Of a stretch of 64,000 bases of DNA, positions 60,083-64,000 are shown piece by piece. Position 1 is the stretch's first letter. Every line of letters starts with the position of its first letter. This DNA is from an uncultured delta proteobacterium (lineage in GTDB: Bacteria > Desulfobacterota > Desulfobacteria > Desulfobacterales > QNYZ01), in the NCBI GenBank assembly GCA_963845145.1, contig CAWJQU010000003.1:96001-160000 (forward strand), read 5' to 3'. A model generated the notes under the pieces. It did no database searches. It was not told the DNA's origin and worked only from the letters and a program-made list of their open reading frames with translations. The translations under genes were made by a program, and so were the position numbers.

Positions 60083-60877
60083 CTAGAATGAGTGGCCATC
60101 TGCCGCCCACAATGCGGCACCCAGGGCTCCTGTCAATTGAGGATGATCGGCAACATAAACCTTTCGTTCGATAAGCTCTTCAGCCATCGTCACAAGGTAG
60201 GGGTTATGCGCCACAACACCGCCGGTCATTACAACGTTTTCGCTAACGGAGTCCATCTCCATAACCCGCCGAATCACCGAAAAGAAAAGTCCCTTCACAA
60301 TGTCGGGCACTTTTTTTCCGTTTCTGATCTTTTCCAGCACTTCCGTTCCGGAAAAAACGGTACAAAAGCTACCCAGGCGTTCCATATTCTGCGATTGAGC
60401 GGCAAGATCGTTTAGATCTCCCAACGGAATGTCCAACCTCAGGGCCATTTCCTCAAGAAACGCGCCTGTTCCGGCAGCGCATTTACGGTTCATTTTAAAA
60501 TTTAGGCGATGCCCCTTGGCATCCAGCTTGATGACTTTATTATCCTGACCACCAATGTCGATGACGGTTATGGCCATGGGAAAGTGATGAAAACAGCCCC
60601 TGGCGTGGCAACTGATCTCCGTTTTCGCGCCTTGGGTGAAACTGACGTTTTTGCGCCCGTAACCCGTTGATACGGTATGGGCAATATCATCAAAAGCCAC
60701 GCCGCCCTTTTCTAACGCTGTCTCCAGGCATCTATCGGCTGTCGTCGTAAAATTAGTACCGGACTTTCGGATCGCATAACCGATCATCTCTTTACCGGCA
60801 TCCAATAGGACTAACTTGGTACGCGAGGAGCCCACATCAACACCAACGTAAATCGGTTGTTGCGCCATGGTATCCAT
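60083..60877 (-). CDS. Acyl-CoA dehydratase activase (HgdC/BadFG ASKHA ATPase)
   Basis: GVDVGS, TGYGR, DIGGQD.K, KCAAGTG.FL, CTVF, GGV. Confidence 0.93.
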   Translation of the reverse strand: MDTMAQQPIYVGVDVGSSRTKLVLLDAGKEMIGYAIRKSGTNFTTTADRCLETALEKGGVAFDDIAHTVSTGYGRKNVSFTQGAKTEISCHARGCFHHFPMAITVIDIGGQDNKVIKLDAKGHRLNFKMNRKCAAGTGAFLEEMALRLDIPLGDLNDLAAQSQNMERLGSFCTVFSGTEVLEKIRNGKKVPDIVKGLFFSVIRRVMEMDSVSENVVMTGGVVAHNPYLVTMAEELIERKVYVADHPQLTGALGAALWAADGHSF

Positions 60878-60904
60878 CCTCCTCTATGCATCAAATAGTG
60901 AGCG

Positions 60905-61858
60905 TTATCTTCCAGCCTTCGATTCCAAGCCTTTAACGAGAGATTTAAGGGTCGAATTATAGGGCGTCTTTACACCGGCCCGGTGGCCATAATCGACAAA
61001 TTTTCCATTGATAAAGTCGATCTCCGTACGACGGCCGTTCTCAATATCCATAAGCATCGAGGGTTTATGATTACCTGCATTCTGCATATAGGCAACGGCT
61101 CCCGGATAGTAGTCCCATCCAACCGGTATCTCATTGGCTCGTGCCACTTGAATGCACTCTTTTAATAAGGCGTCAACGGTTTCAAAAACAATGGGGTCGT
61201 TCATGGCCTGGGCCATGGTTAAACCCGTCACCGCACAGACCGGATTCATGCTGGCGTTCATGATCGATTTCCGCCAGACCATTGAAACAATCTCGTCGGT
61301 ATGTTCAGTTATCAGGCCGCTGGTGGAAAAAGCCTCTGCAATGGCGACAGCGGCAGCTGTGGAATCTTTGTCCAGCTCTTGGATAAAATGGGGGGTGTGG
61401 TGAAAGGGCATATTGACATGAGCCGGACCCGCAAGCCCGCACCCATAATTGACAACAGCCCGCATGACAGATTTTTTACCAAGGGTTTTTGCCAGTTCAA
61501 GCTCGGTATCAATGCCGTTTTGCCAGCTGACCACATAAATTCCCTCGCGATGAAAACCTTCGATCGCCGATGCAATCAAGGGTAATGCATTGGCTTTAAC
61601 GGTGATAACCAACACATCCGGCGGTTTTTGGGCCAAATCATCGATGCTCGTGATCGTTTGAGCCACAGACTGCTGAAAGTTCTCAACCCCTTCAATAATG
61701 ATTCCGCGCTTACCCGCCGGTTCAAGCAGTTCGGGAATCACATCGCATAACGTCACATGATAACCGCCTCTGGCCAGGTAGGCCGCCACGATACATCCCA
61801 CGGGTCCGGCGCCGACCACGGCAAATGTTCGGGGCTTAAATTGGGATTGTTCGGTCAT
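60905..61858 (-). CDS. panE: Ketopantoate reductase (PanE/ApbA) family protein
   Basis: GAG.VG, VKA, QNG, W.K..N, SM..D....R.TE...ING. Confidence 0.85.
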   Translation of the reverse strand: MTEQSQFKPRTFAVVGAGPVGCIVAAYLARGGYHVTLCDVIPELLEPAGKRGIIIEGVENFQQSVAQTITSIDDLAQKPPDVLVITVKANALPLIASAIEGFHREGIYVVSWQNGIDTELELAKTLGKKSVMRAVVNYGCGLAGPAHVNMPFHHTPHFIQELDKDSTAAAVAIAEAFSTSGLITEHTDEIVSMVWRKSIMNASMNPVCAVTGLTMAQAMNDPIVFETVDALLKECIQVARANEIPVGWDYYPGAVAYMQNAGNHKPSMLMDIENGRRTEIDFINGKFVDYGHRAGVKTPYNSTLKSLVKGLESKAGR

Positions 61859-61910
61859 GCAGGCCTCCTTTACCTCATATCTTTGGTTGCAAGCTCAAGC
61901 GGTTACCCTA

Positions 61911-62342
61911 TTAATGAATTCCGAAAGCATCAGGGCCTAGAATGGTCGCCCCCTCTTTTTCAAGTACCGCGATGGCTTGATCGTTGTCATTGAAACGGAA
62001 GATCATCACGGCTTTATTAGGGAAAAACCCCGTAAACGCATACGTGTATTTGACAAGTACACCGGCTTCGGTCAGTGGCTTCAAGATATTTGCCAAACGC
62101 CCCGGACTATCTTCAATTTCCACGGCAACGACTTCGTTAACGTAGGCAGGCATCTGCATTTTCATCAAAATTTGACGGGTTTTGGCCACATCGGACACCA
62201 ACAGCCGAACCTGCCCAAACGCACCTGTATCCACGAGGTTCAGGGCACGAAGGTTAATAGCGGCATCGCCCAAGGCCTTTGTAACCTCATATAAACGATT
62301 GGGCGAGTTTTCTATGGATAAGACAACCTGTTTCAGTTTCAT
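61911..62342 (-). CDS. Tandem ACT-domain amino-acid-binding protein
   Basis: Q....EN....L..V...L....IN.RA, D.PG.LA, Y.YAF. Confidence 0.88.
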   Translation of the reverse strand: MKLKQVVLSIENSPNRLYEVTKALGDAAINLRALNLVDTGAFGQVRLLVSDVAKTRQILMKMQMPAYVNEVVAVEIEDSPGRLANILKPLTEAGVLVKYTYAFTGFFPNKAVMIFRFNDNDQAIAVLEKEGATILGPDAFGIH

Positions 62343-62495
62343 GGCAAGCCTCCCTGGTACAGCTGTCGTGTCACATCGATTCGAATGATCGATGATGTAT
62401 TTTGAAGCAACTGCAGGAAAATTTAGTGATAGTTAATTGCAGTTCGATTTCGGGTCTTACTTGACCAAATTCCGCCCCGATTTAGCTATAATGTG

Positions 62496-62525
62496 ATTAT
62501 AATGAAGCGGTATTGTCCCTGTCAA
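62496..62525 (-). promoter_or_regulatory. Consensus sigma70 promoter (TTGACA-18-TATAAT) for the ACT-panE-dehydratase operon
   Basis: Both hexamers perfect on the minus strand. Confidence 0.7.
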
Positions 62526-62596
62526 GAGAAAAAACAGGCAGAGGGAGATGGCTCTTGGATTTATTGAAACGGTAAATTTAGATGTCAAAGATTAGG

Positions 62597-63892
62597 TTAC
62601 TCTAGGAAGCCCATTGTTTTTGGCAACCACAATACCAGATCTGGCATATAGGTAATGATCATCAGGACTGTGATCTGGATCAACAAAAAAGGCATCACTG
62701 CTTTGGAAACGTAGACAATATCCCGATTCGCTATCGCTCCTGTAATATAGAGACTTACACCCATAGGTGGCGTGCAGTATCCGATGGCTAGATTGACGGT
62801 CATTATTAACCCGAAATGGGTCATATCAATGCCGAATGGATCTAACATCGGAAGAAAAACAGGTCCCAAGATCATGGTTGCTGAAATGATGTCCATAAAC
62901 ATGCCGATAAAGAGAAGCAGGGCATTCATGACCATCAGAAAAACGGCTGGCGAACTAATGTTTGCAAGTACTGCCTCGGTAATTTTTGATGGAATGCTCT
63001 CGAGGGCAAGATAGCGACCAAAACATGTGGCGCCGGCTACAATGATGAGAAGCGTGGCAGAAGTAACCGCAGAATTCACCGTTATTTTTTTTACTTCAAT
63101 AAGTTTTATTGATTTGTGGATAAATATTTCAACGATAAATGCATAAACACAGGCCACAATTGCAGCCTCGTTAGCGGTAAACGCGCCCGAGAAAATCCCC
63201 CCAAATATAATAACGATAAGCATGAGAGACCAAAACCCTTCTTTCAAAACTGCACATAATTCTCCGAACGAAGGGATTTTTTTTCGCACCAAGGTTGTGT
63301 CTTTCCGAAACCGAAAATATGTATATAGGCAGCAACCCGCCATAATGAGTATGCCCGGAAGAAAACCGGTTAAAAACAAAGCCTCCAACGATACATTGCT
63401 AATCATCATGTATAATATCATGCCGATGCTGGGTGGTATAATAACACCCAAGTTCGGCGATGTTGTCATGACACCCAATGTATATTTCTCATCATAGCCA
63501 TTCTCTATGAGTGCTGGAATCATGAATCCGCCTAGCGCCACAACTGTAGCAACAGTCGATCCTGAGATAGCGCCAAACATGCCGCAGGCTAAGATACCGG
63601 CCATGCCCAACCCGCCTGGCAGCCAACTTACAAGAGCGTTGGCAACCTTAATAAGCTTCTCAACGATAGAACCGGCAGTCATAATATTGCCGCAAAGAAT
63701 AAAAAACAGAACAACCACCAAGGCAAATTTATCTAAACTTCGCAAAAGGCTTTGAGCTAGAAGAAGTATGGGTAGGTCTGTAAAAAGAAGGAAGCTTAAA
63801 ACTGAAGTAAAAAATAGACACAAAAAAACAGGAATATACGTCGCCATGCATCCTAAAAGTATCAAAAGAACAATAATATGACTCAATTCCAT
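62597..63892 (-). CDS. dctM: TRAP transporter large permease
   Basis: GAISGS..AT, IIPPS, IGYCTPPMG; about 12 TM. Confidence 0.93.
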   Translation of the reverse strand: MELSHIIVLLILLGCMATYIPVFLCLFFTSVLSFLLFTDLPILLLAQSLLRSLDKFALVVVLFFILCGNIMTAGSIVEKLIKVANALVSWLPGGLGMAGILACGMFGAISGSTVATVVALGGFMIPALIENGYDEKYTLGVMTTSPNLGVIIPPSIGMILYMMISNVSLEALFLTGFLPGILIMAGCCLYTYFRFRKDTTLVRKKIPSFGELCAVLKEGFWSLMLIVIIFGGIFSGAFTANEAAIVACVYAFIVEIFIHKSIKLIEVKKITVNSAVTSATLLIIVAGATCFGRYLALESIPSKITEAVLANISSPAVFLMVMNALLLFIGMFMDIISATMILGPVFLPMLDPFGIDMTHFGLIMTVNLAIGYCTPPMGVSLYITGAIANRDIVYVSKAVMPFLLIQITVLMIITYMPDLVLWLPKTMGFLE

Positions 63893-63940
63893 TTACTGGA
63901 GCCCCTTTCTAATTATCTTCAGGAAAATGGCTATTATGAG

Positions 63941-64000
63941 TTACTTTTTTTGCACTTGCTCTGTGATGTCTATATATATGACGTGAATGGTCCGTATGAA
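63941..64000 (-). CDS. dctQ: C-terminal end of upstream gene, probably TRAP small permease (partial)
   Basis: Open frame ...FIRTIHVIYIDITEQVQKK* directly upstream of dctM. Confidence 0.5.
   Translation of the reverse strand, partial: FIRTIHVIYIDITEQVQKK

Noticed and set aside
1..64000. CRISPR arrays, rRNA, prophage, transposases and defence systems
   Set aside because: No regularly spaced repeats or recognisable hallmark genes were seen

Overview
Chromosomal window from an anaerobic bacterium; gene content resembles Desulfobacterales-type Deltaproteobacteria (inference). Housekeeping blocks are an orphan sensor kinase, trkA/trkH, uup, dnaX-ybaB-recR, mpl-crcB-DUF190 and two tRNA-Ser genes. 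Three catabolic gene sets sit among them. (1) 8.9-16 kb: a GntR-regulated peptide ABC operon with a circularly permuted binding protein and a gamma-glutamylcyclotransferase. (2) 21.3-47.6 kb: a ~26-kb block between the two tRNA-Ser genes, transcribed divergently from a palindromic operator beside a FadR-type regulator. Its left arm has a FAD oxidase, CCG Fe-S protein, LIV-type ABC transporter, MtaA-type methyltransferase, ureohydrolase, an MSMEG_0568-type radical SAM fused to a GNAT, and an AIR-synthase-like protein. Its right arm has a ferredoxin, degenerate AOR, BPL-N amidotransferase-like protein, a 13-heme cytochrome c/cytochrome b/NarI/HdrD-like membrane complex and a TauABC/SsuABC-type transporter. 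This block is the best candidate for an undescribed system. (3) 52.7-64 kb: a 2-hydroxyacyl-CoA dehydratase/CoA-ligase/thiolase operon with upstream TRAP genes. Two long imperfect palindromic elements lie in intergenic DNA. The 30.3-34.5 kb stretch is dense with 1-nt indels, more likely assembly error than decay. No CRISPR array, rRNA, integrase or transposase was seen. All family calls come from motif recognition by eye; no database searches were run.
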